In this document: piece after piece, positions 1 to 9,638 of the stretch
Numbering within the stretch: position 1 is the stretch's first letter
Layout: every line of letters starts with the position of its first letter
Origin: an uncultured candidate division Zixibacteria bacterium
GTDB lineage: Bacteria; Zixibacteria; MSB-5A5; UBA10806
Length of the DNA stretch: 34,854 nt
Reading direction: 5' to 3'
Assembly (NCBI GenBank): GCA_963817915.1
Contig: CAWFQL010000021.1
Location: 1-34,854 of the forward strand
Notes under the pieces: generated by a model
The model's database searches: none
Told to the model about the DNA's origin: nothing
What the model saw: only the letters and a program-made list of their open reading frames with translations
Position numbers and translations under genes: made by a program

Positions 1-86
1 CGACAAAAAGGACTACGATATAATGAGCGGCAAAACCATTTTCCAGAACTGAATCACAAACCATAACAATCAGGAATACAAATTGA
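1..86 (+). CDS. 3' end of a probable PilW-like minor pilin (partial, one apparent indel)
   Basis: Reads ...DKKDYDIMSGKTIF/RTESQTITIRNTN* with one frame change near 44. The ...TITIRN ending and the position before PilV- and PilX-like genes fit PilW-type pilins. Context-based call. Confidence 0.35.
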
Positions 87-94
87 GGTGGGCC

Positions 95-501
95 ATGAAG
101 ATACTAATGAAAAACCAGAAAGGAATAAGCCTCATTGAGGTAACCGCGGCCATGGTAGTCCTTACCGGTCAATATTAGGGCTCGCCCCAATGATGACAAT
201 AACAATGGACGCCAACTCGTTTTCGCGGGACCTTAATAGGGCCGATGTTCTGGCGCAGGACAAGCTGGAATCGTTCAGACTGACAACAACCTTTTCACCG
301 CTACCAGTGATAACAACCGAGAACAATCTCGATGGCCGTTTCCGCCGCACGACGAGAGTGGACGCTTCCGAGTCGGACGCCACTGTGCCGCCAAGAATCT
401 ATCGTATTCACGTCACAATGAACTGGACCGATAAGAACGGTCTTTCCGAGATGAGTGGAATATGGACATATTTTCCTGAGAACTCAGGAAAGGGAAATTG
501 A
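95..501 (+). CDS. PilV-like type IV minor pilin (one apparent 1-nt deletion near 165-172)
   Basis: RBS GAGGTGG, ATG at 95, MKILMKNQKG|ISLIEVTAAMVVLT is a class III prepilin signal (G-1, E+5). Continues in the 190..501 frame with ...RIHVTMNW. Confidence 0.75.
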
Positions 502-2422
502 ATATAAGCGAAACAACGAACGCGGTATCGCAATGATTATTGCCATACCTATCCTGATGATGATTGCGCTTCTTGGAGTGGTAGCGATAATGATTTCCAA
601 TACAAGCGTTGAAACAGCCGGAAGCTCAAAGAGAAGCTCGCAGGCTTCTATGGCCGAAGCGGGTCTCGAAAAGAGCTGTAAGCGAATATGTCTGGGGTAA
701 TTTCTACGACGAGAACGTTTCCCCATTCGTAAATCCATTCGGCTGGCTGGAAAGCCTGAACGATTCAACATTTTATAATAATATCAATCTCGGAGCCGAA
801 GGTAATTACTCTGTCAGAGTTTCTTCGGTAGTAAATCCGGGCCCGAAAAGCCCTTATATCGATTGCCGCGATGTCACGATAGAGGCCACAAGCCATGCTA
901 CCGGCGGCAATGAAAGTGTAACCCTTGTCGCAACTATGCGATTTTGAATATTTGCCCGCCAGCGTCTTTGATTATTCCTACTCATTAACCACTTTCGATA
1001 GTGGCATCGGTATGTACAACGGAGGCGCTGTCGCCAATGGTAATGTTCGAGCTAATGGTCACTTTGACCTTCTCGCGGGTATATGACAGTCAATGGTAAC
1101 CCGCGATTCAATCCTGTTACCGGCGAGGTCATGGATAACGGCGGCGCGTACGCAGGCGGATATGTATTCCCCACGAGCGGCAGCAGCTACCGGGGAATAG
1201 CTCATATGCGGCCAACAGACATAGTTATGCCGGTGCCGATAAATCTGAAAACAGGGCACTTATTGAAATGCCTAACCTGAATGACCCTGCTGACCTTGAT
1301 AATGACGGCAATGTCGATGAATTGAATCCTTATTCTGTAGCCCTTGCCAATGGTACTCTTCGGGCAGCCCCAGTTGGAAAGGCCGGAGTTGATACAAACG
1401 GCGATGGCATCTTGCAGGCCAGCAAGATTATGACGGGTACATACGGAGACAATGTTGGCGAAACCGGCAATGTCGCCTTAGTTGGTACCGACACAAATCC
1501 GATAATTGTTCAGGGCACCGTCGCTATTACCAATAATCTGGCTATCAAGGGTGCTGTTAAAGGGCAAGGGCTCTTTTTATGTTGGACGGAATACCTATGT
1601 CGGCGGCCAGATAAAATACAAGAATGCGCTTACGGCCAGGCCGAATTTCAACTACGGGTCTGAAACACCTGAAGCGTATCAAACTCGATTAAATACATGG
1701 AAGACCGCCAATGCCAATGCCGATGGTGGCATTCATGACAGCCAATAATATCGTTGCCCGGTAATTTTACGACCACTACCTGGAAATCAAACATCCTTAA
1801 TGGTGCCAGCGGTTGGTTGGCAGATTATCGCAATAATGGTTATGAAGATGTCGGAATCGATGGTGTATTCGGCAATCTTTCAAGTCAGACCACACCTTAT
1901 GCCGCCTCCACCAAAGAAGCCGATGGTAAATTCACGGTGGTTATCGCTGATGCCGATGGCAACCAGCACATGCAGGATCTTACAATTTCCGGCGGAGTCG
2001 CCCAGGCTTCCAGTGGATACCATGTGGTTCCGGGCACCGGTGAAGATGTTGACGGCGACGGTATCTATGACGCCCCGTACAATTACACAAACGATATTAA
2101 TATCAATACTACCTTCAACTCGGCTAACTTCTATAATCTCGACCCGAGCATTACCAACTATACTGGTTTCTCTGATGCAAGCGTCGCGAAGATGGACAGT
2201 ATTTTTTACACTAACCACGCTATCGCGGGAATGTTTACCGATTATTGCGCGTTCAATGGTTCAGTTGTGGCGCGAAATGAAGCGATGGTCTTAACAGGCG
2301 GCCACGTATCTCTCACCCACGATGGATCGTTTGTCATCGAATTACCATGACCTGACAGCCATGAACATCTGTTCCATTAATTGATATTCAACCATTCGCT
2401 AAATCAATTAGGTATTCGTTAA
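498..2422 (+). CDS. Large PilX-like pilus assembly/adhesin protein, split across several frames by indels; ends approximate
   Basis: PilX-type N-terminus NERGIAMIIAIPILMMIALLG...AEAGLE. ORF pieces 609-947, 1083-1280, 1268-1663, 1506-1748 and 1754-2350 read as one Gly/Asn-rich protein with DxDxDG motifs. Confidence 0.65.
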
Positions 2423-2431
2423 TCGGAGGGT

Positions 2432-3090
2432 ATGAAGATACTAACAAAATATCGCTGCTAATATGCGCGATGCTGGGGCTATCGTTTACAGCTACGAATG
2501 CGATGCAGGTTATTGATGAAAACGCTATATGGTTCTAGTCATTCCTATGAGCAAGAACGTCCTGCTCCTGAGGCGGTCCAGAGCGAGCTGATTCCTGAAA
2601 TTATTCATAATCCGCAGCCGCAAATGCCATTGACTCAGTTTGCTCTCTTACCGCCAGCATCTTGAATTTGGGCATAGGTACACCGATAATTCATTACCGT
2701 TTCAGGCGACAGCAAGATTTATTTCACGAGAGTCTTTAACAAACAGATCCGGAAAATTACGGCTTCAAAATTCTTCTCGGCAGCGTTGAATGACGATAAG
2801 CTTTCGTATTATATGAGGTCACAACCGGCACAAAAACACTCGCAACCTATGGAACATCGGGAAATCCGGTGGTAGTTCAAATCATCTCCCGCAGCCATTC
2901 AATAAGTACCTCATAATGACAGTGGGATTAATAGCGGCAAATTTATAGGCGGGCGATTTGTCATGGCAAAAGTCAAAGCCCAAAAAGCCTTGGCGCTCGC
3001 CCAAGCCCGGCGGCCCCGGTGAAGAAAAGCCAATTCGGGTCAACATTGGCCAAGCTCTCCAAGGTTCGGTAACAATTTTAACAATGATAA
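2432..3090 (+). pseudogene. Probable secreted protein, heavily frameshifted in this sequence; end uncertain
   Basis: RBS GGAGG, ATG at 2432, signal-peptide-like MKILTK/ISLLICAMLGLSFTATNA across a frame change. No continuous ORF. A terminator follows at 3098. Confidence 0.35.
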
Positions 3091-3097
3091 TTCCAAG

Positions 3098-3124
3098 GCC
3101 CCGATTTCCGATCGGGGCTTTTTT
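3098..3124 (+). terminator. Intrinsic terminator closing the pilin cluster
   Basis: GCCCCGAT-ttccg-ATCGGGGC followed by T6. Confidence 0.8.
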
Positions 3125-3202
3125 ATCTTCGTAAATATTTTATATTTTAACTTGGCAAATAATTATCTTCTTTGGTATATTTGTATGCAAAGGAGAAGGA
3201 TT

Positions 3203-3393
3203 ATGTCGGTTGGATACTTTCTGATCGCATTGGGACTGCTTTTCGTACTGGATAATTTTCATATCTTGCGCGGCGATGTTTGGGAATATGGCCTGGCCAT
3301 TGATATTGATTCTGCTTGGCGCATCCATGGTCATAAAACCGTTCGAGAAGACGTACTCGAGAATCGAAATCCAAAAACGATTCGGAAAAATGA
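3203..3393 (+). CDS. Small two-TM membrane protein of LiaI/LiaF-like (DUF5668) type, frameshifted; end uncertain
   Basis: RBS AGGAG. MSVGYFLIALGLLFVLDNFHIL...W/NMAWPLILILLGASMVIK matches the GxxLIxxGxxFLL...WPxxLIxxG pattern. A stop at 3391 needs one A fewer in the A5 run. Confidence 0.55.
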
Positions 3394-3642
3394 CATTGAT
3401 GCGCATTGTCGCCTGTCCGAATATTGTGAGCCGCGCCAGCAGGGTCCGCTGGTTCCAAAGGGTCATGAAACCCGACAGGCGCGTAACCAAAATGAATAGA
3501 TTCACGAAAATTCAAAATTCAGACTACTTTTCGGGGTTCCATCCCCGAACCTTGTTCGGGGGAGCGGAGACCCCGCAAGTGATATTCGCGGAATGGGTTT
3601 TGCAACCCGGAATTATCAATGCCCCATTAATGAGGAGGTTTT

Positions 3643-3705
3643 ATGGAGATCGTAACGTCTCCGCCAAGAGAGAAGAAGAAACCGAAAAAGGAAAAAAAGA
3701 AATAA
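3643..3705 (+). CDS. Putative 20-aa lysine-rich small protein MEIVTSPPREKKKPKKEKKK
   Basis: Strong RBS GAGGAGG 4 nt before ATG 3643, open to TAA 3703-3705. Below the ORF-track size cutoff. Confidence 0.5.
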   Translation: MEIVTSPPREKKKPKKEKKK

Positions 3706-3782
3706 TGGTGAATCGCGCGCTATAAAAGCGGCGGTTGTTTTGGGAGACTAATGATAATTTGTTTTGAAACCATTAATATAAT

Positions 3783-4305
3783 ATGCTAATCCGACCAGCC
3801 TCCATAGATGATGCCTTCGATATGCCAGGGTTCATGTTGATACTGGCGAACAACCTATAATGGCATCATGCCGGACCATGTATTATTGGGACTTAACTAC
3901 AAAAAAACGCGCAACTGGCAAGGCGATTTATCGGATCTGGGCGATAAAAAATGTGCCTTTGTGTCCGAGGATGATAATGGCCGTATTGTCGGATTTTCGT
4001 ATGGCGGTATAATTAGGGGCGATATTGTCGGATTCGATTGCGAATTGTATGCGATTTATATTACCAGGGGTTTTCAGCGTAAGGGGATCGGGAAAAAGCT
4101 CTTTATGGCCACTGTCAATTGGATGATGGAACGGGGCTATAGTAAAATGCTTGTTTGGGTTGTGAAGGGTAATAAGGCCAACGAATGGTATGAAGGGCTC
4201 GGCGGTGTTTTTCATTCGACGAAAACGACGAAAGTCGGAGATTCCCCAATCGAGGGTATCAGCTATGGATGGTCGGACCTGAATATCTTCAAGGATTCAC
4301 AATAA
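3783..4305 (+). CDS. GNAT family N-acetyltransferase (two apparent 1-nt deletions in the 5' part)
   Basis: Reconstructed start MLIRPASIDDAFDIARVHVDTWRTTYNGIMPD; ELYAIYI...QRKGIGKKL acetyl-CoA motif; N..A..WYE.LG. Confidence 0.85.
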
Positions 4306-4369
4306 TAGTAAGTTTTGATCATTATTTTGATTGATATATAATAAAAAATACCCTACTAAGATTTGCTAT

Positions 4370-5329
4370 ATGACAACGATTAAGGGCCCAAGCAAAAAAG
4401 CCCCGAGCGGCAGGCAGGTTTTCGATGAACTTAAGGGTCTGATTACCGAAAGTATTAATCCGCGCACACGCAATATCGATCGCCTTTCGACACGAGCAAT
4501 ATTGAAAGCCATAAATCGAGAAGATGCCACTGTAGCGACTGTAGTGGCAAAGGAAATCCCCTATATTGCCATGGCCGTAGAAATGGCGATAAAGACATTC
4601 AAAAATAAGGGCAGGCTTTTCTATGTTGGCGCCGGCACATCCGGAAGATTAGGCGTGCTCGATGCCGCTGAATGTCCGCCGACATTCGGCACCGACCCTA
4701 AGATGATCAAAGGTATTATAGCAGGAGGTTATGATTCTCTTATCATATCCAAAGAGGGGGTAGAGGATAATATCGAAGCGGCTATTGCTGATATCAAAAA
4801 GAATAGAATCAAATCGAATGATATGGTCATCGGCATAACCGCATCGAAAAGAACACCGTATGTGTTGGCCGCTCTGCGTGAGGCCAAAAAACAAAAGGCA
4901 TCAACAGTATTTATTTGCTGCAATCCCCGAAAGACAGTCCCGAAAGGGTTCGACCTCTCGATTTGCCCCGTGGTCGGTCCGGAAGCGCTTGCGGGCTCAT
5001 CGAGGATGAAGGCTGGGACCGCTCAAAAAATGATACTGAATATGATCACCACCACAACCATGATTCGAATGGGTCGGGCGTATGGCAACCGCATGGTGAA
5101 TTTGATGGCAACCTCGGAAAAACTGAAGGAACGATCCAAGCGTGTTCTGATTGATATAACGGGCTGTGACTATGAGACATCGGAGAAAATACTAAAATCG
5201 GCCGATGGCTCGGTTAAGATAGCCATAGTGATGGCGTTGACCAGGCTCTCGAAAAATCAAGCTAAGAAGCTGCTTATCTCCGCCGATGGTTTTATCCATA
5301 AAGCGGTTAAAATGGCGAAAAAGCCTTAA
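4370..5329 (+). CDS. murQ: N-acetylmuramic acid 6-phosphate etherase
   Basis: TESINPRT, YVGAGTSGRLGVLDAAECPPTFG, VGPEALAGSSRMKAGTAQKMILNMI, YGNRMV...KLKER motifs. Confidence 0.95.
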   Translation: MTTIKGPSKKAPSGRQVFDELKGLITESINPRTRNIDRLSTRAILKAINREDATVATVVAKEIPYIAMAVEMAIKTFKNKGRLFYVGAGTSGRLGVLDAAECPPTFGTDPKMIKGIIAGGYDSLIISKEGVEDNIEAAIADIKKNRIKSNDMVIGITASKRTPYVLAALREAKKQKASTVFICCNPRKTVPKGFDLSICPVVGPEALAGSSRMKAGTAQKMILNMITTTTMIRMGRAYGNRMVNLMATSEKLKERSKRVLIDITGCDYETSEKILKSADGSVKIAIVMALTRLSKNQAKKLLISADGFIHKAVKMAKKP

Positions 5330-5471
5330 TTAATCATCTAACATTCTGACATTCAATATATTCCCGTTAGCTACATAATGCAACTTAGGGCTATTATTTG
5401 TTTCATTTAGCTTAATTGAACCGCAATATTCAGCCGAAAATAAGTACGGGAAAGGACTCTATAGTTAATTT

Positions 5472-7259
5472 ATGGATAAGACCCTGGAGTTAGTTAATAC
5501 CATCAGCTCTGAAATTTCCGATTCTCTGAAGCGCAAAGCGTCCGAGACCTTTAATCTATTTATCAAAACCGTAAAGGCAGTCCTGGTTTATCCATCGTCA
5601 TCCAAGCTTCCCCAGCAATTCAAAGAAGAGCTCTTCAACGCCATTACGGCCCTGACAGCCGAACTGGAAACGGTGCCCTTTACTGTTGAGGCAGACAGAA
5701 TTTTACTAGGCGATCATGAGGTTTACAGGGCATCGAATAAAACCGATAATTTCGCGCATACATTTTTTAGGGATGGTATTCAGGATTTCCAATTCAAAAG
5801 AGGCATAAGTCAAAAAGAGATAGATTCTTTCGTGGAAATTATCACTCGAATGCTGCGGTCTGCCTCGGTCGATGATGATATGGCAACATTGCTTTGGGAG
5901 GCGGGACTCGAAAATATCACCTATACCGTAATGGATGATATTCTCGATATCCAGACATTCGAATACGGCCCCGAAAATCTCAGAAAGGGAACCGCCCCAT
6001 CCAGGCAAGATATCGATGGAATTCTATCCAAGGAGATAGATCTTGAATTAAGCGATGAGGATTACGATATCGATTCGCAGAAAAAGAAAGCCGCCAAAAA
6101 AAGCTCACCTTATGGCAATGTGCCCGATCCAATCAATGAATTTATCAGGAAGGTGGCGGAATTCACCGACGAAGAACAGGCCGCGATCAATCAACTGATG
6201 AATTCTGATAATGAATTCGATTACAAGAAATATACTATTGATCTGTTGTTTGAAATATTAGGACAGGAAACCGATAATGCCGGATTCCAGGAAACTCTCG
6301 AATTGATAGCCAAAGTCCGGGATGATTTTATCCGCGCCGCGGAATTTTTGCCGGCTTCCATGATCTTCGAACGGACTCTTGAATTGGAGCAGGGCTTTAG
6401 AAATTTGAAGGATCCAAAAGTAGAGAAGATTCAGGCCTTTATTGAAACTTTCGCCTCCTCCAGCAAAATCAAAATCATCACTGAAGCTTTAAATGGCACA
6501 AAAGAAATTAATTATAACGATGCAATCGAATATCTCAAGCTATTACCCTGGCAGGCAATAAATCCACTTATGGTCGCGCTTGGTGAGATACAGCATTATC
6601 CGGGTCGACGGGCTGTGTGCAAGGCTCTCGAAGTTATAGCCGCAGATAAGATCGATATTCTGGCTAAAGGCTTGGAAGATTCCCGTTGGTATGTTGTCAG
6701 AAATATCGTGGTTGTGCTCGGGAAAATCAATAATCCCAAGGCGCTGACTTATCTGAAAAAGACTATTCGCCATCCGGAATTACGGGTTCGAAAAGAAACC
6801 GTGGTATCGGCCGCCCGTATCGGAAGCGAAGAAGCGGCGGATTTCCTGGTATTGGCATTAAAAGACGATGACGAAAAGCTTCAAAGACTGGCCCTAAATG
6901 AGCTTGTCAAACAAAAGCATGCCAAAGCCTTTGGATCGATAGAATTCATGGTGACCGACAGGAAATTCAAGGATAGACCTCCGGAACAGATCAGAGAACT
7001 CCTCGAGGCTTACGCGCAACTAGGCGGCAAGAAGGCATTCGAGCTTTTAGAGAAGCTGGCCACTCAAAAATTTTTGGTAGCATCGGAAAAACAGGAACGG
7101 GTAAGGGACTTTGCCATACGAGCGTTGGGGCTAACTCTACATCCTGCGGCCAATGAGCTGCTTCAAAAACTGATGGATTCTCGAAATAAAACCATAGCCG
7201 AATCCGCCAGAAGAACTCTTGCCAGGGCTACGAAGGGAAGCGTTCATGAACAGCAATAA
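5472..7259 (+). CDS. HEAT-repeat protein with an uncharacterised N-terminal domain
   Basis: 595-aa ORF with C-terminal HEAT/PBS-lyase-like repeats (DSRWYVVRNIVVVLGKI, HPELRVRKETVVSAARIG, DDDEKLQRLAL). Confidence 0.85.
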   Translation: MDKTLELVNTISSEISDSLKRKASETFNLFIKTVKAVLVYPSSSKLPQQFKEELFNAITALTAELETVPFTVEADRILLGDHEVYRASNKTDNFAHTFFRDGIQDFQFKRGISQKEIDSFVEIITRMLRSASVDDDMATLLWEAGLENITYTVMDDILDIQTFEYGPENLRKGTAPSRQDIDGILSKEIDLELSDEDYDIDSQKKKAAKKSSPYGNVPDPINEFIRKVAEFTDEEQAAINQLMNSDNEFDYKKYTIDLLFEILGQETDNAGFQETLELIAKVRDDFIRAAEFLPASMIFERTLELEQGFRNLKDPKVEKIQAFIETFASSSKIKIITEALNGTKEINYNDAIEYLKLLPWQAINPLMVALGEIQHYPGRRAVCKALEVIAADKIDILAKGLEDSRWYVVRNIVVVLGKINNPKALTYLKKTIRHPELRVRKETVVSAARIGSEEAADFLVLALKDDDEKLQRLALNELVKQKHAKAFGSIEFMVTDRKFKDRPPEQIRELLEAYAQLGGKKAFELLEKLATQKFLVASEKQERVRDFAIRALGLTLHPAANELLQKLMDSRNKTIAESARRTLARATKGSVHEQQ

Positions 7260-8721
7260 AATTCAGGAGATCAAGGAAAGACAAGACGCCTTCGAGCGAA
7301 AATTGGAAGAGCTCGGAAATAGGCTCATCAATATCTTCTACGCTACTCTGAAGACTGCCTCGCTTTATGAGGCCAATAATAATCGCTACATTGACCAAGC
7401 ATCGAAACTAAGACAAGTCCTCGATGCTATCTTCAATGAGGATCCCGATTTCTCATTATCATTCAAGGATGGTCACTTCTTTCTGACTGAAACCAGACTG
7501 AGAAGCGATCACGAAACTGATGTAGCCGAAACTTATTTCCTCGAAAATTGGCCTGCCATGGGAATTTCGGGACTTTCCTTCAGCAAGGGACTCGATCCCC
7601 GTGAGCTCGATAAATTCATATTCTTTTTGAGCAATTATGAACCCGGTCCCGAGCCCGAAGATAATTTCAATTTGATAAAAGATCGTTTGCAACAGCTACA
7701 GATCGAAAAAATAATGCCATTGCCTCTTGATCAACTCCACATGGGCGATTCGGAAAATTTCGATTCCGAGGAAAAGAAGAATTCAACCAGGGCGATGGCT
7801 CGCAAAACATTCTTCACGGCAATCGCGGTAGTGCAGGATACGGTGAATAAGGCCAGAACCCAGAATGTCATAAATATTTCGAAGACCAAACGGGTAGTAC
7901 AGAGTCTGATAGATCAGATCATCAGCGATGAAGCGGCGTTGCTTGAAATGACATCATTGCGTAATTTCGATGATTACACCTATGTGCACTCGGTCAATGT
8001 TTGCGTGCTATCGCTCGTGACCGGCTATCATCTGGGGCTTGACCGCAAACGGTTATCCGATCTCGGAGTCGGCGCGTTGATGCACGATATCGGCAAAATG
8101 AAACTGCCGATCGAATTAATCAACAAACCCGACTCATTCAACGAATACGACTGGATGCAGATGCGAAAACACCCGATTTTCGGAGTTAAGGCGTTGCTTA
8201 AGACCCGCACAACCGACGAAACATCGGCGCGATGTTCATCGACCATATTCGAGCATCATATCTCTTACGATGGCACCGGCTATCCATCGCTAATGAACAA
8301 CAGAAAGCCATCCCTCTTCGCGCGTATAGTTTCGATTGCTGATAACTACAATGCCATGGCTTCGGGGCGTGTATATCATCGCAAGATGAATCTGCCGGAT
8401 GAGGTTATCTCCAATATGGTTAGCAGAATAGGCACAGCATTCGATCCAATTATTCTCAAGGTCTTCATCAATGCTATGGGTATTTTCCCGGTCGGTTCAG
8501 TGGTTACTTTGTCATCCAATGAGATAGGCATAGTTGCCAAGAACAATCCCAATGATCTCGAACGGCCCCAGGTGAAGATTATTGGCAATCAGGATGGCAT
8601 GCTTGATATGGCCGATGTCAAAATTCTCGATCTCTCGAAAGAAGCCGGCATCACGGTGACCAAGATAGTCGATACCGACAAATTCAAAATCGATATCGCC
8701 AATTACCTCAGTATCGGATAA
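7246..8721 (+). CDS. HD-GYP domain protein (probable cyclic dinucleotide phosphodiesterase)
   Basis: YTYVHSVNV, LMHDIGK, HPIFG, EHHISYDGTGYP, ARIVSIADNYNAM motifs. Start overlaps the HEAT gene stop. Confidence 0.92.
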   Translation: MNSNKIQEIKERQDAFERKLEELGNRLINIFYATLKTASLYEANNNRYIDQASKLRQVLDAIFNEDPDFSLSFKDGHFFLTETRLRSDHETDVAETYFLENWPAMGISGLSFSKGLDPRELDKFIFFLSNYEPGPEPEDNFNLIKDRLQQLQIEKIMPLPLDQLHMGDSENFDSEEKKNSTRAMARKTFFTAIAVVQDTVNKARTQNVINISKTKRVVQSLIDQIISDEAALLEMTSLRNFDDYTYVHSVNVCVLSLVTGYHLGLDRKRLSDLGVGALMHDIGKMKLPIELINKPDSFNEYDWMQMRKHPIFGVKALLKTRTTDETSARCSSTIFEHHISYDGTGYPSLMNNRKPSLFARIVSIADNYNAMASGRVYHRKMNLPDEVISNMVSRIGTAFDPIILKVFINAMGIFPVGSVVTLSSNEIGIVAKNNPNDLERPQVKIIGNQDGMLDMADVKILDLSKEAGITVTKIVDTDKFKIDIANYLSIG

Positions 8722-8743
8722 ATCCAACAAAATATATTAGCCA

Positions 8744-8800
8744 GTGCGGTTGGGTCCCCGCACCCGCCTGATTTGTAGGTCATTTCCCCTGGGAAATGAC
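8744..8800 (+). repeat. Two REP-like hairpins: a degenerate GTG-headed one and a GTAG-headed one
   Basis: GTG-CGGTTGGGT-CCCCGC-ACCCGCC (8744-8768) and GTAG-GTCATTTCCC-CT-GGGAAATGAC (8775-8800, perfect 10-bp stem). Confidence 0.7.
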
Positions 8801-8888
8801 GTCTTTATTTTCTGCACCCCATCAATAGCCATATTCAAAAAAACATTGCCTTCATCTGTAAGAACCTGTTATCTTCTATATTGGATAT

Positions 8889-9638
8889 ATGATTATGAAT
8901 AATAAGCCAGATACGATAAAATCCAAATTGTCAAACGCCGTTGCACAGTTTTGGGCAACACGCCAAAGACAGGTGGAAAAGCAAACGATATCGGGTCAAT
9001 CAGATCAAGGGTTGAGAGGGGCAGTGACTGGGGGAGCTCAAATGGATGGCTTTATTGAACTGATTTCGGAATTAATAATCGAATCGGGCGTGGATAAATC
9101 TAATATTTTTAATAAGAAGCGCCTTGAGCTTCCGGGATATTTTCGAGCCACAAAAGAATGGGATTTATTAGTTGTGCGAGAAAATCAACTGATTCTTGCA
9201 TTAGAAGTAAAATCGCAGGTCGGTCCCTCTTTCGGAAACAATTTTAATAATAGAATAGAAGAAGCAATTGGAAGCGCTCTTGATTTATGGACTGCTTATC
9301 GAGAAGGAGCTTTAAATAAGAGTATTCGTCCTTGGCTTGGATATTTATTTTTATTAGAAGATTGCCCAAATTCAAATTCACCTGTCAAGATTAAAGAACC
9401 ACATTTTCAAGTATTTCCTGAATTTGCTAATTCCTCTTATACGAAAAGATATGAACTATTCTGTCGCAAAATTGTACGAGAGAGACTTTATAATGCCGCT
9501 GCTTTTTTAACATCTGAAAAGAGCACGGATATTGAAGAGAATTATACCGAGCCTGCCGACGACCTAACGTTTAGATGCTTTACAGATTCCTTGTTTGCAC
9601 AAACAGCAATTTATGGACAAAACAAAAAAAATGATTAA
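8889..9638 (+). CDS. Type II restriction endonuclease, XhoI/PaeR7I family
   Basis: AVTGGAQMDGF, LPGYFRATKEWDLLV, EVKSQVGPSFGNNFNNRIEEAIGSALDLWTAYREG, PWLGYLFLLED are characteristic of this family. Confidence 0.88.
   Translation: MIMNNKPDTIKSKLSNAVAQFWATRQRQVEKQTISGQSDQGLRGAVTGGAQMDGFIELISELIIESGVDKSNIFNKKRLELPGYFRATKEWDLLVVRENQLILALEVKSQVGPSFGNNFNNRIEEAIGSALDLWTAYREGALNKSIRPWLGYLFLLEDCPNSNSPVKIKEPHFQVFPEFANSSYTKRYELFCRKIVRERLYNAAAFLTSEKSTDIEENYTEPADDLTFRCFTDSLFAQTAIYGQNKKND

Noticed and set aside
3436..3480. ykkC/guanidine-I riboswitch resemblance (AGGGTCCG...CTGGTTCCAA)
   Set aside because: The conserved 3' stem and tail motif is missing and no typical regulated gene follows.
1..3870. Decay of the pilin cluster and neighbouring genes
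   Set aside because: Indels affect every gene in this stretch, including the unrelated GNAT, which points to low local read quality rather than selective loss.
5413..5440. Sigma28-like promoter TAAT-N16-GCCGAAAA before the HEAT/HD-GYP pair
   Set aside because: Both boxes have mismatches and there is no independent support in the window.
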